Positions 12,929 to 23,539 of a stretch of DNA of 64,000 nt are shown here, one piece after another. The DNA lies in contig OZ024743.1 in assembly GCA_964016885.1 (NCBI GenBank), positions 59,086,001 through 59,150,000 on the forward strand. Direction: 5' to 3'. Each line of letters starts with the position of its first letter. Position 1 is the first letter of the stretch. The notes under the pieces were generated by a model. That model did no database searches. It had not been told where the DNA came from and saw only the letters and a list, made by a program, of their open reading frames with translations. This DNA is from Eledone cirrhosa. Taxonomy: Eukaryota. The position numbers were made by a program, and so were the translations under genes.

Positions 12929-14839
12929 ATGGCGGAGCCACGCCCCCTAGAGGCGGGTCTGCTGTCGTGCAACGGTGACTTGAGCGTTGAGAGGAGAGGT
13001 GAGGCGAGGAGCGCCACCAGCACGAATGTGAGCAGCGACAGTGCCAGCACCAACGGGCCGAGCGGCGCGGAAGGTGGTAACAGCGACAACACCAACACCA
13101 ACAAGCCGAACAGCGCAGAAGGTGGTAATAGCGAGAGCACCAACAAAACGAACAGCACAGAGAGTAATAGTAGCGACAGCAACAGCACCAACAAGGCCAA
13201 CAGCACAGAGGGTAACCACGACACAGGGGAGAACAACAACAGCAATAGCAGCAGCAACACCAACAAGAACAACAACAGTGACAACACCAACAAGAACACC
13301 TTCGCTGCTGTGGCAGCGGCTAAAAGGAGACCATGCTACAGCATCGACTTAACCAACAGAGAGGAAAAGTTGGCCCAGGCCTGGAAAATCATAAATCAAG
13401 AGCAGACCTGGGCAAACTTAACTGTCCCGGCAGAAGCCATTGAGGCAGTGGAAAAAAGAACGGTGCATTTCAGATGCATCTCAGTAGAGACAAAGAGGGC
13501 AGCGATAATCGCCCAAGCTGATATAGAAGCCGCACTGAAATACATCAGAGAGGACACAGACTTCATAGAGAGGGGCAGGCAATACGGCACCGTTTCGGTG
13601 CTGTTCAAGTCTGAAGCCCTCGCTGTGAAGCATTCAATGACCCCTTGCAAAACCAGCAAGGTTATAATGTACCCCTCCCACATGGGAAAACGAATAGCAC
13701 GTGTGCGCATTCCCAGGATTCCACCAGGACTTGATATGTGGTGGCTCCTGGGTTGCGTAATCGTGGAAGGAACGGATACAGTCCCGGTAGAGGCAACGAG
13801 AACTGCCAGGGACGACTGGTCCGGGGTTGATCTGGAGATACTGCTCCAAATCAGACCCGAAAACGTAAAAGCAATCCCGGACCACATCCGCCTCCAAAAC
13901 GGGAGGGTGTTGCATATAATGACTGAGGGCAAAAGGCCGCATTGTTTCCTTTGTGGGGAAACGACACACTTGCGAGCCTTCTGCCCTCAACTGCCGAAAA
14001 GCGCAAGGGGTCGAAAGATTCCACTGCTGGCGACGCCGGGACAAGGACCACCAGCAACACCGTCAACAATGGAACCACCAAAATTGCACACCCAGGGGGG
14101 AAACGAGGAAAGCTCTCCCATTCCCCCTCCCCCCAAAAATACACACACGAACAAGAACATAAACACTCACTCAGACACAAACACGCTCACAGCCACAGAC
14201 CCCTCATCCTCCAGCAGTGAAGATGAGGGAAAACCAAAGTCCCCCAAAATACAAAAAACAAAACACAAAAAAAAAAGAAATCCACAAAGCACAAACACCC
14301 CCACAAAAAAAAATACACACACCACCCACACAAACATTTTCCCCACAGCATCACCAACACAACCACCAAAATCCCCCAAACGCAAACAAGCTAAACAGAC
14401 ACAAGAACAAATAGACACACAAACATCAGAAAGTACAGACACCCCACCCACAACAAACGCAGACACAATAGAAACAACACTAACAAAGCTATCACCACCA
14501 CAATCACACGAACAAATAAAACCCGAGCAACAAAACATTAAAAACTTCGTGCTTGCCAGAAGGGCCAACAAGGAATTGATGGCCCATGTAGCACGAAGCA
14601 CAAACATCGAAAAAGACGGGGAAACATTTGAAGCGAGCACATTTCGCGTACCAGATAATTTGCTTCTGATGCGAATGTCGCTCGCTTCATACAAAGAAAT
14701 TCGAAAGAGCTTTCCTCGGGATGTGGGAACCCCGAACGTAAAACCCACGTCAAGACTATTAAAGGGGTTCCCAAAAGAAACCCCACAAACCATGGAGGTC
14801 GAACCACCCGACCTTCACAAGACCCCGGAAGGTAAGTAA
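12929..14839 (+). CDS. Tx1-like ORF1p (636 aa), nucleic-acid-binding protein
   Basis: Uninterrupted ORF: N/S/T-rich N-terminus, FAAVAA motif, probable RRM-like core, CCHC knuckle CFLCGETTHLRAFC, SSSSEDE plus K-rich tract, conserved C-terminal block. Confidence 0.93.
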   Translation: MAEPRPLEAGLLSCNGDLSVERRGEARSATSTNVSSDSASTNGPSGAEGGNSDNTNTNKPNSAEGGNSESTNKTNSTESNSSDSNSTNKANSTEGNHDTGENNNSNSSSNTNKNNNSDNTNKNTFAAVAAAKRRPCYSIDLTNREEKLAQAWKIINQEQTWANLTVPAEAIEAVEKRTVHFRCISVETKRAAIIAQADIEAALKYIREDTDFIERGRQYGTVSVLFKSEALAVKHSMTPCKTSKVIMYPSHMGKRIARVRIPRIPPGLDMWWLLGCVIVEGTDTVPVEATRTARDDWSGVDLEILLQIRPENVKAIPDHIRLQNGRVLHIMTEGKRPHCFLCGETTHLRAFCPQLPKSARGRKIPLLATPGQGPPATPSTMEPPKLHTQGGNEESSPIPPPPKNTHTNKNINTHSDTNTLTATDPSSSSSEDEGKPKSPKIQKTKHKKKRNPQSTNTPTKKNTHTTHTNIFPTASPTQPPKSPKRKQAKQTQEQIDTQTSESTDTPPTTNADTIETTLTKLSPPQSHEQIKPEQQNIKNFVLARRANKELMAHVARSTNIEKDGETFEASTFRVPDNLLLMRMSLASYKEIRKSFPRDVGTPNVKPTSRLLKGFPKETPQTMEVEPPDLHKTPEGK

Positions 14840-14868
14840 ACCTTTCCTCTCCCATTTATCCTGCCAGC

Positions 14869-17800
14869 ATGGCCATAAGAGTAGGAAGTTTAAATGTTCG
14901 TGGCCTGGGGTCGCCCTGGAAGCAAGGTCACTTGCTCAACGACCTCAGGTCACTAGGAATGGATGTAATTGCCATCAGCGAGACCAGAATTTCCGACACA
15001 CGCGCACTGGCGCCGATTTTCGACGATTATCAGATCTTTGCATCTGTTAGTCGGCCGGGAATGGGAGGTGGAGTGGCTGTGCTGTTTAGGAAATGTCTGG
15101 ATCTCGAGGTAAGGTCAATCTTCCGGGATCCTGACGGAAAGTTGGTGGTCCTGGACGTGAGCAATAGCGAAGGTGGTGCCTTTAGACTGGTGGCCGTCTA
15201 CGCCCCTACTGGGGCCGGTCGGCCGGACTTCTTTAGGCGCCTGGAAAACTTTCTGCTTACGTCTCGCCCTTTACTGTTAATAGGGGATTGGAATGGCATC
15301 TTAGAAGCACGCTGGGATTGTGTGGGAGTATCTGATAGGAGCGGGGGGTGCAAAAGCCTCAAGTACCTGATCAGCCAGTTTCAACTGTCTGACAGGTACC
15401 GACTAGATTTCCCTAATGCGCCAGTATGGACCTGGACCAATCGCATAGGGTCATCTAGATCGTACATAGATAGGATTTTCATTAGGAAAAGAGATAGAAA
15501 TAGTGTAGGATGTCCACATTTTAAAACGGTTGCCTATTCAGATCACAAGCTTGTGATCTGTATGGTCGACCTAGATAAGACACGTAGGTTAGGACCTAGC
15601 TACTGGAAGCTAAACATGTCGTTTCCGGCACGTAAAGCTTACAGGGACCGGGTCAACAACTTAGTTAAGCAAAAGTTGACAGGGGGGGTTGTCAACAACA
15701 GGTGGTGGGGGGCACTCAAAAGAGAGATTAGAGCAACCTCGATAGGATTTAGCAAAGAAGTAGCAATAGAGAAAAATAGAAAGGAGGAGGGGCTGATAGC
15801 TAAGTTAGACGAGGCTATTTATAGTGGCATTGCAACAGACGTGCTAGCGGCGAGAATGGCACTAGACCATTTCTTCAATGCGAAACACGAAGGTTGCATT
15901 GTCAGAGCTAAGGCGCGTGCTCTGAGGAACGAGGGAACCAAAGCTGCCCGATGGGCTCGCTTTGCAGAGACGCAGCGTGGAAATAAAACCACAATTCGGT
16001 CTTTGACGGATCGAGATGGACACGAACTGAGCGATTCCAAGCAGATGTGTGAGGCCTTTCGCCAGCACTTTGCTCGATTGTTCGGGAGGATGGGTGAGTC
16101 GGAGACGGCGGCGGACTTCAGTCCCTACCTCGACGGCTTGCCACGCCTCTCGACGGCCGACGCTGAGCCGATAACATCAGCCGAAATTCAGGACGCCCTT
16201 GTCGGCTGCTCGAGTCGCAAGTCACCCGGTTTGGATGGTCTGCCCTACGAGCTTTACGTAAATATGCCAGACTTGTTCTCCGATCTCCTCGAAGCGCTCT
16301 ACTGCAACTGGCAGCAGAACGGGAGCATTCCCAGTTCTGTGAGCCGTGGCGTAGTGACGCTGATAAGGAAAGACGAGAACAAGAGGGACACACTAGATAA
16401 TTTCAGGCCCATAACCCTGCTCAACACAGAGTTTAAGATTTTGGCCAAGGTGTTAGCGAAAAGATTGGCGCTTGTCGTCAAAGATTTGGTTGGGGAGGCG
16501 CAAACTTGCGCAATCCCGACCAGGTCCATACACGACAACCTCCACCTCATGCGATACATCATAGAGAGGGTTGGGTGCAAACCTGGCTTCGGTGGGGCTC
16601 TGATCAATTTAGATCAATCGAAAGCATTCGATAGGGTCGACCATCGGTACTTGGAGGCTGTCCTCGAGGCGGCTGGCTTCGGCCCCGTCTTCAGAAGCTG
16701 GATCGCTGCAATGTACAGCGGCATCCGCTCGGTGGTCAAAGTTAATGGCCACCTCTCGGAACCGTTTCAGATCTCTCGATCGGTCCGTCAAGGGTGCCCT
16801 CTCTCCTCACTTCTGTACGTATTGACTCTTGAGCCTCTACTGCGGAAGCTGGAGTTGTTGCAGGGCATCCCGCTCGAACCGGGACGTAGAAAGGCTGCGT
16901 CCGCTTATGCGGACGACATCACCGTGATGGTGTCGGACACCTCGGAAATCGAGGTGATCCGCACCCATTTGGAGGAATATGAAAGGTTGACGGGAGCAAA
17001 ACTTAACCCGGAAAAGTCGGTGGGCTTGCAGCTCGGCACCTGGAGAGGCAAGTCCATGCCGTCCAACAGCGTCGTTGGGCGCTGGACAGACGGACCGGTA
17101 AAGTTGCTCGGGGTTTGGTTCGGACCAGACCTCCAGGTGGATAAGAATTGGGACGAGGTGACGAGCAGGATAGCCAACCTCACCCAGAAATGGGCTGAGA
17201 GAAAGCTATCACTGAAAGGGCGGGCGGAGGTGGCGAACGCGTACATCGCGTCCGTCATCTACTACCGCCTGACCGTCGTGCCTTGCCCCCGTCCACGCCT
17301 CGCCAATTTGGAACGGCTCCTTTTCAAATTTTTGTGGAGGGGACGGGTCCCGTTGGTGAGGCGGTCCATCTGCTGCCAGCACCCTCTTCGTGGAGGGCTG
17401 GGCATGCCGTGGCTAATGATGCGCAGACATGCGCTGAGGCTGCGACATCTCCAGATATTTTGCCTAAACGGTGAACAGGTGTGGTCGCCGTTTGTTAGAC
17501 GGGCCTTTCCGCAGCTCATCTCTTTGACTGAGCTGCAGTCCTGGGTCAAGAAGAGACCGAGACTGGGCGACTGGCATCTGGAATGTTGCCAGGCGCTCAC
17601 TGCACTCTGCAAGGTGGGCAATGCGGTCAGTGGAACTTCCACTCAAGATTTCTATAGAGGATTAGTGGAGGGCAAGTGCGATGACGTACTAGGAGAGGCT
17701 CTGGGCGTCAACGAAGTAGAACTGACCAGTATGTTCCGGAGGACTTTCGAGTCGGGGACGATGGATAACTTCCAGAAATCCCTCGCTTGGCAGTGCTACC

Positions 17801-18284
17801 GGGGGGCGCTGCCGGTTCGGGATAAACTCTACAGGCACGGAAGTGCTGTCAGACGAACCTGCCCGAGATGCGCGCAGAGCGACGAAACCGTTCTGCACGC
17901 ACTCGTCCAGTGTCCGTGCATTGCTGACTTGTGGGGTTATGTCGAACAGCTATTGTCGCGTGTAGAACGGATCCGGCTATCGTCCGAGTCCATAGTGAAG
18001 ATTGACCCGCCGCCTTCTTTTGGTCAGGAAGGGCAGGCAATTTTCCTCTGCCTGGTGGCAGTAGCGAAAGAGGTTGCATGGTGGACCAGGTTGAAAGGAC
18101 TGAAAACAGACACTTTTCTCTTCGGCCAATCCCTCATCAACTTCTTCAAGTTGCACTTGGAAAGGAAGGTGAGGGTGGAGAGAGAAGTGCTGCCCCCCCC
18201 CCCCCCAGTACATTTACTGAAAGGTGGGTGAATGTGGCGAGAATGGCCCGCGTGAGTGGGCCTACTCTGATCATGCGCCTGTAG
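14869..18284 (+). CDS. Tx1-like ORF2p: APE endonuclease, reverse transcriptase, C-terminal zinc finger; frameshift in C14 run at 18193-18206
   Basis: SLNVRGL, SETR, VYAP, GDWN, IDRIF, SDH; KSPGLDG, FRPITLLN, LDQSKAFDRV, RQGCPLS, YADD; CPRC..E...HALVQC. The true C-terminus (..GPTLIMRL*) lies in the shifted frame, by comparison with copy 2. Confidence 0.95.
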
Positions 18285-18561
18285 GCTGGTGAATTCGAGA
18301 AGGAGAGGGGTGCCCTTCCCGGGTGCCCTAGGAGCGTCGGGTGGCTCAGGACTGGTGGGGTGCTTGAGTCAACCCTGGGTGGTGATCCCTCTTATTGGGG
18401 AACTTTCATTGTTGTATTTTTATTGTTACTTTGTTTTTTTGTTATTTATACTTACTCGATCTCTATGTAAACCCCCACTGTCCCTGTCTATTGTGTTGTC
18501 CCCTATATGTCGGCCCTTGTGGCCAATAAATGAAATCATTATTATTATTATTATTATTATC

Positions 18562-19241
18562 ATTTTTATTTTCTTTCATTATTGTTTCTGAGATATATGC
18601 CGAGTGTCTTCCTGACACCTAGGGCAAATAAATTCAAAGTATGCATTGGTAAGCCAGTTTATATAGTACATTTATTATAATAGCAAAAAAAAAAAACACC
18701 AGCATTAGTATATACACATGTGCATATGCATATGTAAATAGAAGGAGGGATATCAATCTTACAGAGATAGTGCTCTTCTCAATACGTGTGCAGTACCACC
18801 AAGACAATTTTTTGCACCTCGTGTAGTGAGGGTAAACCAGGAATCATTCGCAAATATTGTTCTGTTCCTTTCTTGATCATTCCCAGTCCTCCCACAATTA
18901 CTGGTATTGTAACGGCCTTTAGGTGCCACATCTTCTCAATTTCAATAAGCAGATTTTTATATTTTCGTAGCTTGTCAAATTCTTTTGCCGCGATATTGTG
19001 ATCACATGGGATGTTCATATCTATCAATAAACTGACCTTGTTATATTGATCTGTTACAATGATGTCAGGTCTATTTGCTTTTATGGTCCTGTCAGTATGT
19101 ACAGGAAAGTCCCAGATAATTGTTCCTGTTTCACATTCAGTCACAGCCTCAGGGTGATGATTGTACCACTTGTCTTCAGCTTTGATTTTGTAATGTCGAC
19201 TTCTTACCCAGTGTAGATATTGGCTAACTCTGTCATGTCTA

Positions 19242-19243
<2 letters not shown>
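18562..19243 (-). mobile_element. R4/Dong-clade LINE family A, 3' fragment
   Basis: [30 protein letters not shown]...K..KY (RLE PD-D motif), IPVIVGGLG; TAA repeats at both ends. Confidence 0.9.
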
Positions 19244-19275
<32 letters not shown>

Positions 19276-19280
19276 ATTAT

Positions 19281-19483
19281 TGTTCCTTGAGTCTCAGTCA
19301 TTGATGTTATTCAACTGGAAAGCTACTACCTGCAGCCTCAGATATTCAGGACGTATCGGAGGGTTCTTGCTGTTCCAAGCAAGCATGCCTTTTGAAGTGT
19401 TCCAAAAGGCGGGGCGGGACCAATTTTCTTTAACCATCCTTGGAAACTCTTTGAGATAGTACCTAGTGCGTATGACAATGGGG
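19281..19483 (-). mobile_element. R4/Dong family B, about 200-bp 3' fragment
   Basis: Matches the 3' end of 29464-34374 (LQKACL.GTARTLRYVLNI*); bounded by ATT tracts. Confidence 0.88.
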
Positions 19484-19523
19484 ATTATTATTATTATTGT
19501 TATTATTATTATTATTGTTATTA

Positions 19524-22035
19524 TAGTTGCATTTAACTTGCTTTATGTTCATACGAGTTATCACCAAGTCACAACCAGTGACCTCAAGAGACAACAAGGT
19601 CCTCCATGTTCAAGAAAGAACATATATACACACACATGCATCTTTAGGTGTTTAAACATGTGATGTACTTATATTGACAGAATCTTCCTTAGTATATGGG
19701 CAGTTCCCATTAGTACTATCTTTTGTATTTCTCCTATACGCGGGTTTCCTGGGATCTGCGATAAGTAATTATTAGACCCCTTAGAGTAGAGCGTCTACAA
19801 CCACTGGTATTGTTTTAGTTCTCAATTTCCACATTTTTCCAATTTCTATCTCCAGGTCCTTATACTTGCTCAATTTTTCAAATGTTTTTATAGATACATT
19901 CTTGTCTATTGGAGCGGACATATCAATTAGCAGGCATACCCTCTTTTTAAAGTCCCTCAGTATTATATCAGGTCTATTTGCATCTATTTTTCGGTCTGTT
20001 TGGATGCTAAAGTTCCACAAAATTGAGATGTGATCTTTTTCAATGTGATGCTCCCACCAATTATTTTGATGGGGCAGGTCAAAATGCTTACACATTATCC
20101 AATGTATGTATTGTGCAGCTCTGTCATGCCTGTTTAGGTATTCGTTTGGAGCTATAGGACCGCACAATGAAATTATATGATCAATGGTCTCTGGTTGTTT
20201 TTTTACATACACGGCATAATGGGCTGCATCCATTTTTATTATGTTGGCTTGGTAATTTGTTGTTGGCAGACACTGATCTTGTGCTGATATAATCAGTCCT
20301 TCAGCCTCCGATTTCAGTCCAGCGGATGCCAACCACTGATGGGTTAAAGTTTTGTCAACATCAGGATTGTTAGCTCTTTCTGGTTATTTTCCATACAGAG
20401 GCTTTTCTTGCCATTTCATAGCCAGTTTCTGTCGCAGTTCTTTCTTTGCAGTTACTTTTACCTGCTTTGCTTTTTCTGTGTTTACCATTTCAGCAGTAAA
20501 TGGGACTTCTGAAATTTGTAGTCCATTACTATATATTTGTGCATCTTTTGTAATGGAGTATGATCTGTTGATGCTTTCGTGTTTCAAAACGAGTTTGATC
20601 ATCCAATCATGTGATTCCCTTAGATATGTAGATAATCCAATTGTTGCAGTTTTCAACGCAATATCTAACTGGATTAACCCACGTCCTCCTTCTTTCCTAG
20701 GGATATATATTCTATCTGTATCTGCCTTAGGGTGAAGCTTTCTGTGCATGGTTAAGTATTATCTAATTTTTGTATCGAGCCAACGGATCATTGTGCTTGA
20801 CCAGTTGATGACATTGTAACTGTAGGTTACTACTGGTATGGCAAGCGTGTTTATGGCATCTATCCTATTCCTTGCATTCAAGTCCGTTCTTAAGATTGCT
20901 CTTACTCTGCGGTAACATTCCTTCCTTATCCTTTCCCTCATTGTCGAGTGCTTCATTCCGTCTCCTTCACAGACACCTAGATATTTGTAAGTTTCCTCTT
21001 GATCAAGTTCTCTTATCACATTCCCCCGATCAAGATTAATGTCTGAACTTTTCAGCAGCTTTCCCCTGGTGAACGTTGCTTTGGCGCATTTATCTAGTCC
21101 AAACTCCATTTTAATGTCATCACTGAACTGCTTCACAGTGGATAATAGCCCTTGCAATTGTTCATCATTTTTTGCAAATAGTTTCAGGCCATCCATGTAG
21201 AACAAGTGATTAATAGTTTTGTTATAGACTCTATATCCATGTTTTGTTTCATTGAGCAATTTACTTAATGGTATAAGTGCGATGCAGAATAAAAGCGGTG
21301 ATAAAGAGTCACCCTGAAAAATTCCACAATTAATATTAACTTCTCCAGCTTCCAGTGATTCCTTTTCACTATTCAAAAGGAGTGTCATTTTCCATATCTT
21401 CATACTGAATAACAAGAACCTCCTGACAACGGGAGATATTTTGAAAATCTATAAACATTTTTCAATCCAACTGTGTGGCAAACTATCGAAAGCTTTTTTA
21501 TAATCTATCCAAGCAATTGATAGATTTTTGTGTCTATTATGACAATCTTCCAGTATCATTTTGTTAATCAAAAGCTGATCCTTACAGCCATATGAGCCTC
21601 GTTTACACCCTTTTCTGCTCATTGGAAAATAGGTCATTTGTTATCAGGTGATTATATGTATATTCAGTTAGGACTGATGTTAACATTTTATACATTGTGC
21701 TCAAGCAAGTTATCGGTCTGTAATTTTTGGGATTGTGTGTCTCATCATTCTTCGGAAGCAGGAATGTAATACCGTTAACTAGCCATGAGGGTATCTTTTC
21801 TGGCTCCTTAACTATTTCATTGTAAAGTGGGGCTAACAGCTCATGAGACTCTGTGAAGGCATTTATCCAAAAATTTGGTATTTTGACTTTTCCTGGTGAT
21901 TTCTATTTGCAGGTTTTTCTAAGAGCCAAACGCAACTGTTCAACTGTTATATTTTCCCATATTTGTTCCTCAAGGTGAGCTGTATCTTTCATTTGTCTGT
22001 CTATCCATGGGGCATGTATATTATGGACTTTTTCT
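19524..22035 (-). mobile_element. R4/Dong family C, 5'-truncated, frameshifted
   Basis: [43 protein letters not shown]; ATT tracts on both sides. Confidence 0.93.
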
Positions 22036-22090
22036 ATTATAATTATTATTTTTATTTTTATTATGATTATTATTATTTTTATTGTTATTA

Positions 22091-23513
22091 CTCTTTGAGT
22101 CTCAGTCATTGATGTTAGTTAACTGGAAAGTTTGTTGAGATGAATATCAAGCCGCTACCTGCAGCCTCAGATATTCAGGACGTATCGGAGGGTTCTTGCT
22201 GCTCCCAACAAGCATGCCTTTTGAAGCGTTCCAAAAAGCGTGAAGGGGCCAATTTTCTTTAACCATCCCTGGAAACTTTTTGAGATAGTCCCTAGTGCGC
22301 CTTTGACAATCGGGATCACTTTGACTTCATGGCAGTTCCAAATCCTTTTTACCTCCCACTTTAAGTCCTGGTATCGGTTAATTTTCTCCCTCTCCTTCTC
22401 TTGCACTCTCGTGTCGAATGGGCAGGCCACATCCACAATCAGGCACGATCTTTTTTCTTTGTCCAAAACCACCAGGTCAGGTCTATTGTGTTCCAGTTTC
22501 TTGTCCGTCTGTATCCTAAAATCCCACAGCACCTTCACCTGATCGTTTTCTATCACCGCCTCTGGCTTATGCTCATACCACTTCTCAGAATGTGGTAAAT
22601 TGTTTACTTTGCATAGGTGCCAGTGGATCACCCTGCCCATCACATCATGTCTCCAGCCCTTATAGTGAGTCTGGGCTAGGTGTTTACACTCGGATACAAT
22701 GTGAGCCACAGTCTCCTCTCTCTCTCCACAGATCCTGCACAGTGGGCTAGACTCCTCCTTGTAAATATGGTGATCAACCACTTCATTTTGAAGGCCTGCT
22801 CCTGCGCAGCCATTAACATTCCTTCTGTAGCCTTTTTAATGTCTCCTCTTTTCAACCAGTTCCATGTCTGTGGATCTCTAAATTCAGTTTTCTCAAAGAA
22901 GGTACTATGAAGGGATTTTTCATCAAGGCTGCTCTTTCTCCTTGATGTTATTTCCTCCTTGGACATCCCCTGGCCTATTGTCCCCTCCTTCAGTACAGTT
23001 CTGAGCATTGGCTCCTTACTATCAGTCACGTATTTGTGTAGGTTGTTTTTCTCCATCTGAACACAGTCTTCTATGCTGATAAGACCTCTTCCACCCTCAG
23101 ACCTCCTTAAGAAGAGTGTATCGACATCACCCCTCTTGTGGAACATGTTGTAGATAGTCAATAGCTTCCTAGTCTTCCTATCCATTTCTTTCTGTTCAGC
23201 AACATTCCATCTCAGAATCCCCGCACTGTACCTAATAATAGACACAGCTCGGGAATTTACTGCACTTATGGCATTCCTACTCTTCCGATGTGACTTTAAT
23301 GCGCTCCTTACTCTCCGAATCTATTCAGTCCTTATCAATTCCTTCATTTTTTTGTTCCTGATGTCATCAGCCTCCAGAACGCCCAAATACTTGTATCCTT
23401 CTTCAGAGTCAATTGCCTTTATCATCTCACCCGTTGGTATCTGGTTCCGTTACTTCTGCTCAACTTACCCCCAATTCATCACAATGACTCCACACTTACT
23501 AATTCCAAATTGC
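22091..23513 (-). mobile_element. R4/Dong family B, 1.4-kb 3' fragment
   Basis: YKYLG, GGRGL, CRICGEREETVAHIVSEC (CCHC), RHD, HNRPDLVV..IVDVACP. Confidence 0.93.
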
Positions 23514-23539
23514 ATTATTATTATCATTATTATTATTAT

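Larger units (their letters stand above)
12718..18537 (+). mobile_element. Full-length L1/Tx1-clade LINE, copy 1 (family A, near-intact)
   Basis: 5'UTR, ORF1, ORF2, 3'UTR with AATAAA at 18525-18530; (ATT)n immediately on both sides. Confidence 0.95.

Noticed and set aside
12919-14855. Long antisense ORFs opposite LINE ORFs (hydrophobic L/V/C-rich)
   Set aside because: They are by-products of A/C-rich sense codons and have no conserved starts or motifs.
14832-14867. 36-nt mini-intron fusing ORF1 to ORF2 (GTAAGT...CCAG|CATG)
   Set aside because: It is too short for typical spliceosomal splicing, and the AG is absent in copies 3, 4, 5 and 6 (CAACATG).
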